Shown one piece after another: positions 8,962-18,209 of a DNA stretch of 61,226 nucleotides. Below the pieces are notes generated by a model that did no database searches, had not been told where the DNA came from, and worked only from the letters and a program-made list of their open reading frames with translations. Origin of the DNA: an uncultured Zetaproteobacteria bacterium (GTDB lineage: Bacteria > Pseudomonadota > Zetaproteobacteria > Mariprofundales > Mariprofundaceae); contig CAMZLG010000043.1 in NCBI GenBank assembly GCA_947311495.1, positions 1-61,226 on the forward strand, read 5' to 3'. The translations under genes and the position numbers were made by a program. Position 1 is the first letter of the stretch; the number at the start of each line of letters is the position of its first letter.

Positions 8962-10488
8962 ATGGCAGCAAGACGATTTTATAAACCTATTCTAACCGCA
9001 GAACAAATGCGTATGGCAGAGCAACAAACCATGTCCGATTCGGGTGTGACAAGCTTGGAACTGATGGAACGCGCTGGGCAAGCTATCGCCAGAGAGTGCC
9101 ATAAACACAAATTAGATAGCGGAAGAATTGTTATTATTGTGGGTGCAGGCAACAATGGTGGAGATGGCTTTGTTGCTGCCCGATTACTGCATTTAGACCA
9201 AGTGCCTATCACTGTTATCCCACTGTTTCCGCTTGAAAGCTTAAGTGGCGACATCAAACATCAAGCAGAACAGGCTGCAAGTGTTGGCGTAAAAATTCGC
9301 CCTATCTCCAGCAATGCTGAAGCACAGAAACTAGACAACTGGATTAATCGCGCTGTGTTGGTTGTTGACGCTGTGTTTGGCACGGGTTTAAACAAACCCA
9401 TCACGGGATGGATTGAACAAGCTATTCACCATATCAATGCAGCGCATTGCCCCATTTTATCGGTGGATATTGCCAGTGGTATTCATGCTGACACAGGTGA
9501 AATCATGGGTGCTGCCGTGCACCCAGATGTCACCTTGCCTATCGCTGCATACAAATGGGGGCATTGGCTCAAAGATGGTAAACAGCAAGGTAGCTTGATG
9601 ATAACGCCTGCACCCATTGGAATTCGAAAAACCACCATGATGGCAATGATTCAAGCCCATCCCTTTGTTGCCAAACAAAGTTTGCTCAATGATAAAGATA
9701 TTATTGCTTATGCGTTTCCTTCTCGCCCTGTGGATGCCTACAAACAATTGTGCGGTCACCTTTGGATATTTGGTGGTTCTAAAGGTTATACAGGTGCGCC
9801 AACCTTGGTTGCCAAAGGTGCACAAGCTGTACGCACAGGTGTCATTAGCTTGGCTGTGCCTGATGATGTTTACCCTATTGTTGCGGCAGCATCATTGGAA
9901 ACTATGGTACACCCTGAAAGCATAGCGCCTTGGAAAAAACATCATGCCATTGTCGCAGGTCCTGGTTGGGGCGATGAGCAAACCTCCTTACTTAATAAAA
10001 TTTTAGGTACAAAAGCACCCATTGTTTTGGATGCCAATGCGCTCAATCTCATATCTCGCGATGAAGAGCTGCAAGAAAAAGTCAAACAACGCCAAGGGTT
10101 AACCCTGCTCACACCGCACCCTGGTGAAGCCGCAAGATTACTTGGTTCATCCATAACAGACATACAAACCGATAGGATTAAAGCTGCACTGGCTATCGTT
10201 GAGAAACTCAATGTGTGGGTGGTGCTTAAAGGTGCCCGCAGTGTCATTGCATCACCAAGTAAACATTTATGGCTCAACCCTTATGGGTCAAGTAACCTTG
10301 CAACAGCAGGCACAGGTGATGTCTTGGCTGGTGTGATTGGAGGGTTATTGGCACAAAATGTTGAGCCTGATATTGCAATTCCCGCAGGTGTTGCGCTGCA
10401 TAGTCTTTCGGGGGAACAAAACAATTGGTTTAAAGCTGGGCAACTGGGAGATATTATTGCTAAAATGGTTGCGGATAATCAACAATAA
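8962..10488 (+). CDS. nnr: Bifunctional NAD(P)H-hydrate epimerase/dehydratase
   Basis: GAGNNGGDG, DAVFGTG, TPHPGEA, AGTGDVLAG; GGAGG RBS before ATG 8962. Confidence 0.92.
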   Translation: MAARRFYKPILTAEQMRMAEQQTMSDSGVTSLELMERAGQAIARECHKHKLDSGRIVIIVGAGNNGGDGFVAARLLHLDQVPITVIPLFPLESLSGDIKHQAEQAASVGVKIRPISSNAEAQKLDNWINRAVLVVDAVFGTGLNKPITGWIEQAIHHINAAHCPILSVDIASGIHADTGEIMGAAVHPDVTLPIAAYKWGHWLKDGKQQGSLMITPAPIGIRKTTMMAMIQAHPFVAKQSLLNDKDIIAYAFPSRPVDAYKQLCGHLWIFGGSKGYTGAPTLVAKGAQAVRTGVISLAVPDDVYPIVAAASLETMVHPESIAPWKKHHAIVAGPGWGDEQTSLLNKILGTKAPIVLDANALNLISRDEELQEKVKQRQGLTLLTPHPGEAARLLGSSITDIQTDRIKAALAIVEKLNVWVVLKGARSVIASPSKHLWLNPYGSSNLATAGTGDVLAGVIGGLLAQNVEPDIAIPAGVALHSLSGEQNNWFKAGQLGDIIAKMVADNQQ

Positions 10489-10535
10489 CGAATAGGTCTT
10501 GAATTCAAAACACGAAAGCCTTAAACTCATAATAT

Positions 10536-11423
10536 ATGTCCAAAAATAGCCCTGAAAATTTACCTATCCCTCGGCTTGAGAAACCCAATGCTTTAAAAAG
10601 TTACCATGCTGGTGAACTTTCACCATTGGATATGTGGTACCGTGAATTAAGGCAAATACCCAAACTTGACCGCGAAGAAGAAGCCAAACTGACAAAGCTG
10701 TGGGCAGAAGAGAAAGACTTGCAAGCTGCGCAACGCCTGCTGCTTGGCAACCTTCATGCCGTGGCTGCCATTGCCCGCGAATACCGTCATTTTGGATTAC
10801 CTGAAATGGACTTGATTCAAGAAGGTACCATTGGTTTGATGAAAGCCATCCATCGCTTTGACCCAGAGCGTGGATTTAGACTGATGACCTACGCTTCATG
10901 GTGGGTTCGGGCTGCTATTCATGATTATATTTTGAAATCATGGAGCATTGTGAAGATGGGCACCAACAAAATGCAACGACGCGTGTTTGCAGGCTTAAAA
11001 AAAGCTAAACATGCCATTGCTGCCATTGAAGGGCGGTTGGATGAAGAAGTTGCCAATGAATACGGCATTTCAGGGTCTGAGTTTCAAAATATTGCCCACG
11101 CTTTTTTGCAGCGCGATGTTTCTTTGGACACCGAAGCCGAAGAAGGTGGCGGCAGCATGGTTATGGCATTGCCTTCTCCCGATGCACACCCTGAAGAACA
11201 GGTGATTGCAGAGGACTGGAGCAGCCATCAAAGTGGCTTGCTTCATGATGCCATGGCGAACTTATCAGACAGAGACAGACTGATTATCACCCGCCGTCAT
11301 TTAAGCGAAGAACCCGACACACTCAAAGACTTAGCAGAGGAGCTGGGTATCAGCATTGAGCGGGTACGCCAGCTTGAAGCACGCGCTATGAAGAAACTCA
11401 AAGCAAGTTTTGATGTTAGTTAA
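10536..11423 (+). CDS. rpoH: Sigma-32 family RNA polymerase sigma factor
   Basis: DLIQEG, FDPERGFRL.TYA, RpoH-box-like QRRVFAGLKK, SIERVRQLE. Confidence 0.85.
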   Translation: MSKNSPENLPIPRLEKPNALKSYHAGELSPLDMWYRELRQIPKLDREEEAKLTKLWAEEKDLQAAQRLLLGNLHAVAAIAREYRHFGLPEMDLIQEGTIGLMKAIHRFDPERGFRLMTYASWWVRAAIHDYILKSWSIVKMGTNKMQRRVFAGLKKAKHAIAAIEGRLDEEVANEYGISGSEFQNIAHAFLQRDVSLDTEAEEGGGSMVMALPSPDAHPEEQVIAEDWSSHQSGLLHDAMANLSDRDRLIITRRHLSEEPDTLKDLAEELGISIERVRQLEARAMKKLKASFDVS

Positions 11424-11635
11424 GCAATAAATTCAGCTTCGATTTCAGCAACTTGTCCTTCTTCGTGGTTCACTTGGGCGAGTTTGAATACAAACGCCCA
11501 AAACTTATCTTCAGTTTCAAAATAAGCATGATTATTAAGATAGTTCACCAGAACACCCTGCTCTGTAGTTTGAACACCGAATGAATTGATGGGTGAAAAT
11601 GCGTCTGCGATTTTACGTGCGCGAAAAGTATTCAT
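11420..11635 (-). CDS. Hypothetical protein, 71 aa
   Basis: GGAGGT RBS upstream; fills the gap between rpoH and the LEA gene. Confidence 0.65.
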   Translation of the reverse strand: MNTFRARKIADAFSPINSFGVQTTEQGVLVNYLNNHAYFETEDKFWAFVFKLAQVNHEEGQVAEIEAEFIA

Positions 11636-11719
11636 AAAACACCTCCAATCGTATGATGAAAGTATAGTTGTCTAAAAAGTTAGACGAAGTGACTCAACTC
11701 ACGCTATATTGATGAACCA

Positions 11720-12199
11720 CTAAAACCCAAAAGAAGGCATCAACGTTTTGATAATATCTTGCATAGATAACTCGCCATCCTGAGAGAATGGGACTGTACC
11801 CACAGATGTGTCCACACCACCTTTGAAATTATACAATGCTTGCCCTTCAGACAATACACTACGTGCGGCTTTACCAAACATTTCTGCGTCCAACGTAATC
11901 GGAAGGGTAATGGTTTGCACTTCTTTGGCAGGTAAGCTTACATCTGTTTTGGCTGCAAATTTGCCCACATCAAAACCATTAAGTTTGATGCCGCCATCAA
12001 AACCATCAATAGGCAAACTAAATGCGTTGGGATTAAATAAACCCACGTCAAACACCACTGTTTTATCTTGTGCCGAGAAAGACTTAAGTTGCACACTTTT
12101 TACTTCAGGTGCTTTGACTATTTTTTCAATAATGCCCGACTGACACGCCGTTAAACCAAAACTTATAAGTATGACCATCACTATTCTATTTATCATCAT
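11720..12199 (-). CDS. LEA_2/WHy-domain lipoprotein
   Basis: Lipobox LTAC; NPNAFSLP motif. Confidence 0.8.
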   Translation of the reverse strand: MMINRIVMVILISFGLTACQSGIIEKIVKAPEVKSVQLKSFSAQDKTVVFDVGLFNPNAFSLPIDGFDGGIKLNGFDVGKFAAKTDVSLPAKEVQTITLPITLDAEMFGKAARSVLSEGQALYNFKGGVDTSVGTVPFSQDGELSMQDIIKTLMPSFGF

Positions 12200-12231
12200 C
12201 CCCTCCAAACTACAGGCAAGCCTACATCAAT

Positions 12232-12250
12232 GATAATGAAAATCATGTTT
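12232..12250. promoter_or_regulatory. Putative Fur box
   Basis: GATAATGAAAATCATGTTT matches 15/19 positions of GATAATGATAATCATTATC, in a divergent intergenic region. Confidence 0.6.
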
Positions 12251-12323
12251 ATAAATCACATGTCATTTGTATGCCTTAGAATCAATTTAATATACGGCAC
12301 ATCAACTCGAAGGAGGAATCCCT

Positions 12324-12500
12324 ATGTTTAACCACTGTGATGACCCGATTGAAGCATTAGCATGGCTTAGCCAACGCAACCAACACATATCTAGTGATGA
12401 CCTTGAGTACATGTTAGGTGGTGAGCCTAGTTCAGACTACGCAAATCTTGAGAGTGATGACAATACCGAAGACTATGACTTTCCCTTGTTTGATGCTTAG
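12324..12500 (+). CDS. Small acidic hypothetical protein, 58 aa
   Basis: AAGGAGG RBS; MFNHCDDPIEALAWLSQRNQHISSDDLEYMLGGEPSSDYANLESDDNTEDYDFPLFDA; absent from the ORF track. Confidence 0.6.
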   Translation: MFNHCDDPIEALAWLSQRNQHISSDDLEYMLGGEPSSDYANLESDDNTEDYDFPLFDA

Positions 12501-12510
12501 AGAAAACACA

Positions 12511-12681
12511 ATGTTCAAATCATTAGGAAATATCGACTCTTCACTTTTTAGCCTCAACCGAGCTATTAACGAGCTTGAACAAACCATGACAACCGTCGCT
12601 CGCCAAGAAGTTGAGAAGATACACTTACACCGAAAGACACGCATCTCGTTGAGTTTTCCGATTGTGAAATCTCTTACTTAG
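12511..12681 (+). CDS. Small hypothetical protein, 56 aa
   Basis: ATG 10 nt after the previous stop; followed by a terminator. Confidence 0.45.
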   Translation: MFKSLGNIDSSLFSLNRAINELEQTMTTVARQEVEKIHLHRKTRISLSFPIVKSLT

Positions 12682-12708
12682 GCTTTTAATAGCAACAAAA
12701 TAACACAT

Positions 12709-12736
12709 AAAAAAGGCTGCCAATGGCAGCCTTTTT
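12709..12736. terminator. Bidirectional Rho-independent terminator
   Basis: AAAAAAGGCTGCC-AAT-GGCAGCCTTTTT between convergent genes. Confidence 0.85.
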
Positions 12737-12754
12737 CGTTTCTAAGCCATTATA

Positions 12755-14557
12755 TTAGATATGAATGGCTTTACCTTCTGAATCCAATACTGATTCGTGA
12801 ATCATTTCCGACAATGTTGGATGCGGGAACATATGATGCGCTAATTCTGCTTCCGTAGTTTCCAAAGTACGCGCAAGTTGCAAGGATACAATCAACTCAG
12901 TGGCTTCTGCACCCACAATATGTGCGCCCAAAAGTTCGCCTGTCTCTGCATCAAAGATAGTTTTGACCATACCTTCAGTCTCTGCCAAGCCCATGGCTTT
13001 ACCGTTGGTGCTGTATGCCATTCGCCCAACTTTGATATCAAGCCCTTCTTCCTTACATTGTTTCTCAGTTTTACCGCATGAACCGACTTGCGGCTGGCAG
13101 TAAGTACAACCCGGCACATTGCCATAATCCACAGGATGCGGTGTGCCGCCATGAATCGCTTCCACACACACAATGCCTTCATGCGATGCAACATGCGCCA
13201 ATGCAGGCGCACCAATCACATCACCAATCGCATAAATGCCTTGGTGATCCGTGCGGTAGTAGTCATCCACCTCAATTTGCTGGCGTTCCACTTTCATGGC
13301 TGTGTTTTCAGCGCCAATGTTATCGGTGTTACCCACAACACCCACGGCAACCAGACATACGTCACCTTCAATGGTTTGCGCCTTATCTTTCACTGTATAT
13401 TCAACCACAGCTTTGCCATCAATATTTTTCGCAGATGAGACCATGGCATTGGTGATAATTTTAATTTTGTTCTTTTTAAACGAACGTGCGACAACTTTTG
13501 AGATCTCTTCATCTTCCAAAGGTAAGATTTGCGATGCAGCCTCAATCACAGTCACTTCAGAGCCCATAGCTTTGTAGAAGTATGCGAATTCCATACCAAT
13601 CGCACCTGAACCAATCACCACCAATTTCTTCGGTAATTTAGTGGGAGCCAATGCTTGTTTGTAGGTGATGATGACATCGTTATCCACATCCATGCCTGGG
13701 AATGCACGCGCTCTTGCGCCCGTGGCTACAATCACATGCTTGGCAGTGACTTGTGTTTTCTCACCATTGTTTTCAACCATCAACTTATTATCGGCTTCAA
13801 AGGTGGCAAACCCTTCAATATGGGTCACTTTATTTTTCTTGAACAAGAAGCCAATACCACCATTCAACTTCGCAGAAATTTTGCGTGAGCGTGCGACAGC
13901 CTTAACCAAATCAGGCTTGGCTTCTGTGATACCAAGCCCAAGCTCATCACCACTGTGTTGAATAACGTTAATAATTTCAGCTGTTCGCAACAATGCTTTG
14001 GTCGGAATACAACCCCAGTTCAAACAAATGCCACCCAAATGTGTGGATTCAATACATGCAACTTTCAAGCCCAACTGCGCTGCGCGAATGGCTGCCACAT
14101 AACCACCAGGGCCTGCGCCCACAACCACCACATCATATTCACCATCAGGGTTATACACACCTGCTGGTTTAAGGTTTAGCTCATGCTCTTCATCCGAAGA
14201 TGGTGCAGCAGCCAAGGTTTCCACAACTTCTTGCGGCGTTGCCACAGGTGCAGCTTCTTCAGCCGCAGCAGGTGCTTCGTTTAAACCTTCAGGCTCATAA
14301 TCGGCTGGCACTTCTTCGTCTTCTTCGGCAATCACAGCAATCGCAGTACCCACGGGCACCAAATCACCTTCTTTGGCGATAATTTTATGCATAATGCCTT
14401 CATCAATTACTTCCACTTCCATGGTCGCTTTATCGGTTTCCACTTCAAGCATCACTTCGCCTGATTCTAAAGTGTCACCCTCTTTTTTTAGCCAGCGGGC
14501 AATCTTGCCTTCGGTCATGGTGGGTGATAATTGGGTCATAAATACATCAATTGGCAT
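12755..14557 (-). CDS. lpdA: Dihydrolipoamide dehydrogenase (E3) with N-terminal lipoyl domain
   Basis: ETDKAT lipoyl motif, GAGPGGY, GGICLNWGCIP, HPTLSE. Confidence 0.95.
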   Translation of the reverse strand: MPIDVFMTQLSPTMTEGKIARWLKKEGDTLESGEVMLEVETDKATMEVEVIDEGIMHKIIAKEGDLVPVGTAIAVIAEEDEEVPADYEPEGLNEAPAAAEEAAPVATPQEVVETLAAAPSSDEEHELNLKPAGVYNPDGEYDVVVVGAGPGGYVAAIRAAQLGLKVACIESTHLGGICLNWGCIPTKALLRTAEIINVIQHSGDELGLGITEAKPDLVKAVARSRKISAKLNGGIGFLFKKNKVTHIEGFATFEADNKLMVENNGEKTQVTAKHVIVATGARARAFPGMDVDNDVIITYKQALAPTKLPKKLVVIGSGAIGMEFAYFYKAMGSEVTVIEAASQILPLEDEEISKVVARSFKKNKIKIITNAMVSSAKNIDGKAVVEYTVKDKAQTIEGDVCLVAVGVVGNTDNIGAENTAMKVERQQIEVDDYYRTDHQGIYAIGDVIGAPALAHVASHEGIVCVEAIHGGTPHPVDYGNVPGCTYCQPQVGSCGKTEKQCKEEGLDIKVGRMAYSTNGKAMGLAETEGMVKTIFDAETGELLGAHIVGAEATELIVSLQLARTLETTEAELAHHMFPHPTLSEMIHESVLDSEGKAIHI

Positions 14558-14580
14558 GGTTTACCTCGTTCAAAGAATGA

Positions 14581-14645
14581 ACCACCGAGAACACTGAGAA
14601 CACTGGGAAATAACAAATCTCTGTGTCCTCTGCGCCCTCTGTGGT
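14581..14645 (-). repeat. Imperfect inverted repeat with 9-nt periodicity
   Basis: ACCACCGAGAACACTGAGAACACTGGGA ... TCTCTGTGTCCTCTGCGCCCTCTGTGGT. Confidence 0.75.
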
Positions 14646-14652
14646 GAAAATA

Positions 14653-15978
14653 TTAAATTAATACGGATGCGGGGCACTCAATATGTTTTTTCAGTGCGTT
14701 CAAATATTCAGCACCCACTGCACCATCCACGACACGGTGGTCGCATGAAAGTGTCAACGTCATCATTTTTTTGACAACCACTTGACCATTGTCAGCCACA
14801 GCACGCTCTTCTGTGCCACCAACAGCTAAAATCGCACCTTCAGGTGGATTCACAATGGCATTGAATTGTTTGATGCCATACATGCCCAAATTGGAAATCG
14901 AGAATGTACCGCCCGTATATTCTTCGGGTTTGAGTTCGCCAGCTCGGGCTTTACCTGCCAGCTCTTTGATTTCATTGGAAATATCCACAATTCCTTTTTG
15001 TTCAGCAAAGCGCACAATCGGTGTAATCAAACCACCTTCAATCGCTACTGCTATGGAGATATGGGCATGTTTATGTTGATAGGTATGACTGTCTGCCCAA
15101 GATGCATTCGCAGCAGGTACATCCACCAATGCTTTGGATACAGCTTTAACAATAAAATCATTCACACTTAATTTGAATGCGCCATCAGCAGATTCATTGA
15201 GTTGTGCTCTTAAATCCATCAACCTATCCATTTCCACATCCATACTTAAATAGAAGTGAGGCACTTGTTGCTTGGATTCAGTCAAACGGCGCGCAATAGC
15301 TTTACGCATCATGCTGTTTTCAATCGCTTCATATTCATCTGCATGATACGGCATAGGTCCTGTTGGAAGTGGGCGAATAGCTTGTGGTACAAAGTTTTGC
15401 GCGCCACCACCCAAGCTGATGCCTCGCTTGGCAGCATTTTCAATATCTGCTTTCACAATACGACCGCGAGGCCCTGTGCCTGTAATCGCTGCAATATTAA
15501 TACCTTTTTGCTTGGCTAAACGGCGTGCTAAAGGTGATGCCTTAATGCGTTTATCATTGGCAGCGCGTTCAACAGCTGCTTGATCGACTACAGGTGCTTC
15601 AGCTTGCGGTGCAACCTCAGAAGGTGCTGGCACAACTGTTGGTTTTGGCTCTGCTTCAACCGCTGCGGGTGTGCCATGTGTTTCAAGCACTGGCTCTTGC
15701 CCACTTCCCTCAGGCTGATAATCGGCTGGCACTTCTTCATCATCTTCGGCAATCACACCAATGGCTTCACCCACAGTGACAAGCGTGCCTTCTGGTGCAA
15801 TGATTTTATGCAATACACCTTCATCAATCACTTCCACTTCCATGGTTGCTTTGTCGGTTTCCACTTCAAGCATCACTTCGCCTGATTCAAGTGTGTCACC
15901 TTCTTTTTTTAGCCAACGCGCAATTTTACCTTCGGTCATCGTCGGTGATAATTGGGTCATAAAAATATCAATCGGCAT
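14653..15978 (-). CDS. pdhC: Pyruvate dehydrogenase E2 (dihydrolipoamide acetyltransferase)
   Basis: Lipoyl domain, ASPLARRLA E3-binding domain, DHRVVDG. Confidence 0.95.
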   Translation of the reverse strand: MPIDIFMTQLSPTMTEGKIARWLKKEGDTLESGEVMLEVETDKATMEVEVIDEGVLHKIIAPEGTLVTVGEAIGVIAEDDEEVPADYQPEGSGQEPVLETHGTPAAVEAEPKPTVVPAPSEVAPQAEAPVVDQAAVERAANDKRIKASPLARRLAKQKGINIAAITGTGPRGRIVKADIENAAKRGISLGGGAQNFVPQAIRPLPTGPMPYHADEYEAIENSMMRKAIARRLTESKQQVPHFYLSMDVEMDRLMDLRAQLNESADGAFKLSVNDFIVKAVSKALVDVPAANASWADSHTYQHKHAHISIAVAIEGGLITPIVRFAEQKGIVDISNEIKELAGKARAGELKPEEYTGGTFSISNLGMYGIKQFNAIVNPPEGAILAVGGTEERAVADNGQVVVKKMMTLTLSCDHRVVDGAVGAEYLNALKKHIECPASVLI

Positions 15979-16000
15979 ATTTTACCTCATTCAGTCATTA

Positions 16001-16064
16001 ACCACAGGAACTCCAGAAAGCCACAGGTAAAAATTAAACTCTGTGCCTCTGCGTACTCTGCGGT
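16001..16064 (-). repeat. Degenerate second copy of the periodic inverted repeat
   Basis: ACCACAGG..CCAGAAAGCCACAG ... CTCTGTGCCTCTGCGTACTCTGCGGT. Confidence 0.65.
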
Positions 16065-16082
16065 GGAAATCTTATCTATCCG

Positions 16083-17063
16083 TTATGCGCGATTGCAGAC
16101 AACACGCGCTGCCTCGACAATCTCAGAAACCGATGGCAATGCATAGTTTTCTAAGTTGGCAGCATACGGCATCGGCACATCTTTACCTGTCACACGCGCA
16201 ACAGGCGCATCCAAATCATCAAAACCTTTTTCCATAATACGCGCAGAAATTTCCGCACCAATACCTGCAAAACGCCAGCCTTCTTCAATCACCACAGCAC
16301 GATTTGTTTTGGCAACCGATGCTAAGATAGTCGCTTCATCCAATGGGCGAATGGTGCGCGGGTCAACAACCTCGGCATCAATGCCTTGTTTTGCCAACTC
16401 ATCTGCTGCCATCAAGGCGTAACCTGTCATGCGTGAATGAGCAACCAATGTAATATCTGTACCCACACGTTTAATATCAGCTTTACCCAACGGAATAATA
16501 TATTCCCCTTCAGGCACTTCACCAATATCACCATAATTGATTTCATTTTCGATAAAAATCACCGTGTCATTATCACGAATGGATGCCGCCAACAAACCTT
16601 TTGCATCCGCAGGGTTGGATGGCATGACCACTTTAAGACCGGGGATGTTGGCATACCAGTTTTCAAAGGCTTGGGAATGTTGTGAGCTCACACGCGCTGC
16701 CGCACCGCCTGCGCCACGAAACACCATAGGGCAATCATATTGACCACCTGTCATGTATTTCATTTTGGCTGCTGCATTGACAATTTGGTCGGCTGCAAGA
16801 ATAGCAAAGTTCCAAGTCATAAATTCAATCACAGGGCGTAATCCAGCCATCGCAGCACCCACACCAAGCCCAGAAAAACCAAGTTCTGTGATGGGTGTAT
16901 CAATCACACGTTTGGGACCAAACTTATCCAACATCCCTTGCGATACTTTGTATGCACCATTGTATTCAGCGACTTCTTCGCCCATAAGAAATACGCGGTC
17001 ATCCCGCTCCATTTCTTGGCACATCGCCTGATTTAATGCTTCACGATACGTAATCTTAGCCAT
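16083..17063 (-). CDS. pdhB: Pyruvate dehydrogenase E1 beta
   Basis: GEEVAEYNGAYKV, DTPITE, EFMTWNF. Confidence 0.95.
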   Translation of the reverse strand: MAKITYREALNQAMCQEMERDDRVFLMGEEVAEYNGAYKVSQGMLDKFGPKRVIDTPITELGFSGLGVGAAMAGLRPVIEFMTWNFAILAADQIVNAAAKMKYMTGGQYDCPMVFRGAGGAAARVSSQHSQAFENWYANIPGLKVVMPSNPADAKGLLAASIRDNDTVIFIENEINYGDIGEVPEGEYIIPLGKADIKRVGTDITLVAHSRMTGYALMAADELAKQGIDAEVVDPRTIRPLDEATILASVAKTNRAVVIEEGWRFAGIGAEISARIMEKGFDDLDAPVARVTGKDVPMPYAANLENYALPSVSEIVEAARVVCNRA

Positions 17064-18118
17064 TATCCTACCTGCCTTGGGTATGGGTATGCATTTGGAA
17101 TTTCATCAGTGATAATGTCATCCCACAATGCAGAAAGGTCGGGCTCAGGTTGCGCTTCTGCTGCTTTCGCCACTGCCACCACTTCTTTCTTAATATCTTT
17201 ATCTTTTTGTTTAAATTCAGCTTCTGTAGCAAGACCTGCTTCAATCATTTGCTTTTGTAAACGCACAATGGGGTCTCGCCCTGAGCGCCATTCATCCACT
17301 TCATCACGTGTACGATACGTTGCAGGGTCAGACATCGAATGACCACGATAACGGTAGGTCATCATTTCCACGATGATTGGACCTTGCCCAGAGCGTGCAT
17401 GCTCCAACGCTTCTATCATTTTTCGTTCGACTTCCAATACATCCATACCATCCACTTGAATGCCTGGCACTTTGAATGAAATACCACGCTTATAAAGATG
17501 CGTTTCTGCTGATGCACGGCTAAGCGATGTGCCCATGGCGTATTGGTTGTTTTCAATCACAAATACAACAGGAAGTTTCCAAAGTGCCGCCATGTTGAAT
17601 GACTCATACACAGCACCCTGATTCACGCCGCCATCACCCATAATGGTAATGGATACACGTTTATCATCGCGGTATTGGCTAGCAAAAGCGAACCCAATCC
17701 CAATCGGCACTTGCTCACCCACAATACCATTACCACCCGCAAAGTTTTTCTCTTTGTCGAACATATGCATGGAGCCACCTTTACCGCCCACAATACCACC
17801 TGCACGACCCAATAATTCCGCCATAATCGCAGTAGGTTTTGAACCACGTGCCAAAATATGCCCATGATCACGGTAGCTGGTCATCATGTAATCGGTTGGC
17901 TCGGCTGCTTCTTCCATACCCACACATACCGCTTCTTGCCCATTGCATAAATGGCAAAATCCGCCAATTTTTTTCAAGCCATACATTTGCCCAGCTTTTT
18001 CTTCAAAGCGGCGAATGAATAACATCATATCGTGCATAGCATGCAAACGCTCGGCGCTGTAGAAACGACCCTCTTGCGTGATGCCAGCTTGGTTTTCTTG
18101 CTGATTCTTGGTTGTCAT
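17063..18118 (-). CDS. pdhA: Pyruvate dehydrogenase E1 alpha
   Basis: GFCHL..GQEA, GDG TPP motif, YRYRGHSMSDP. Confidence 0.95.
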   Translation of the reverse strand: MTTKNQQENQAGITQEGRFYSAERLHAMHDMMLFIRRFEEKAGQMYGLKKIGGFCHLCNGQEAVCVGMEEAAEPTDYMMTSYRDHGHILARGSKPTAIMAELLGRAGGIVGGKGGSMHMFDKEKNFAGGNGIVGEQVPIGIGFAFASQYRDDKRVSITIMGDGGVNQGAVYESFNMAALWKLPVVFVIENNQYAMGTSLSRASAETHLYKRGISFKVPGIQVDGMDVLEVERKMIEALEHARSGQGPIIVEMMTYRYRGHSMSDPATYRTRDEVDEWRSGRDPIVRLQKQMIEAGLATEAEFKQKDKDIKKEVVAVAKAAEAQPEPDLSALWDDIITDEIPNAYPYPRQVG

Positions 18119-18209
18119 AACATCCCCAATAATTTCACTTGAGCCCGAACTATGCCCGACTCATATCCCTTCGCAACCCATAAAGACCTTATAAAGTAAA
18201 CTTGTTTAT

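Noticed and set aside
14581-16064. Short repeats considered as a CRISPR array
   Set aside because: No regular repeat-spacer pattern and no cas genes.
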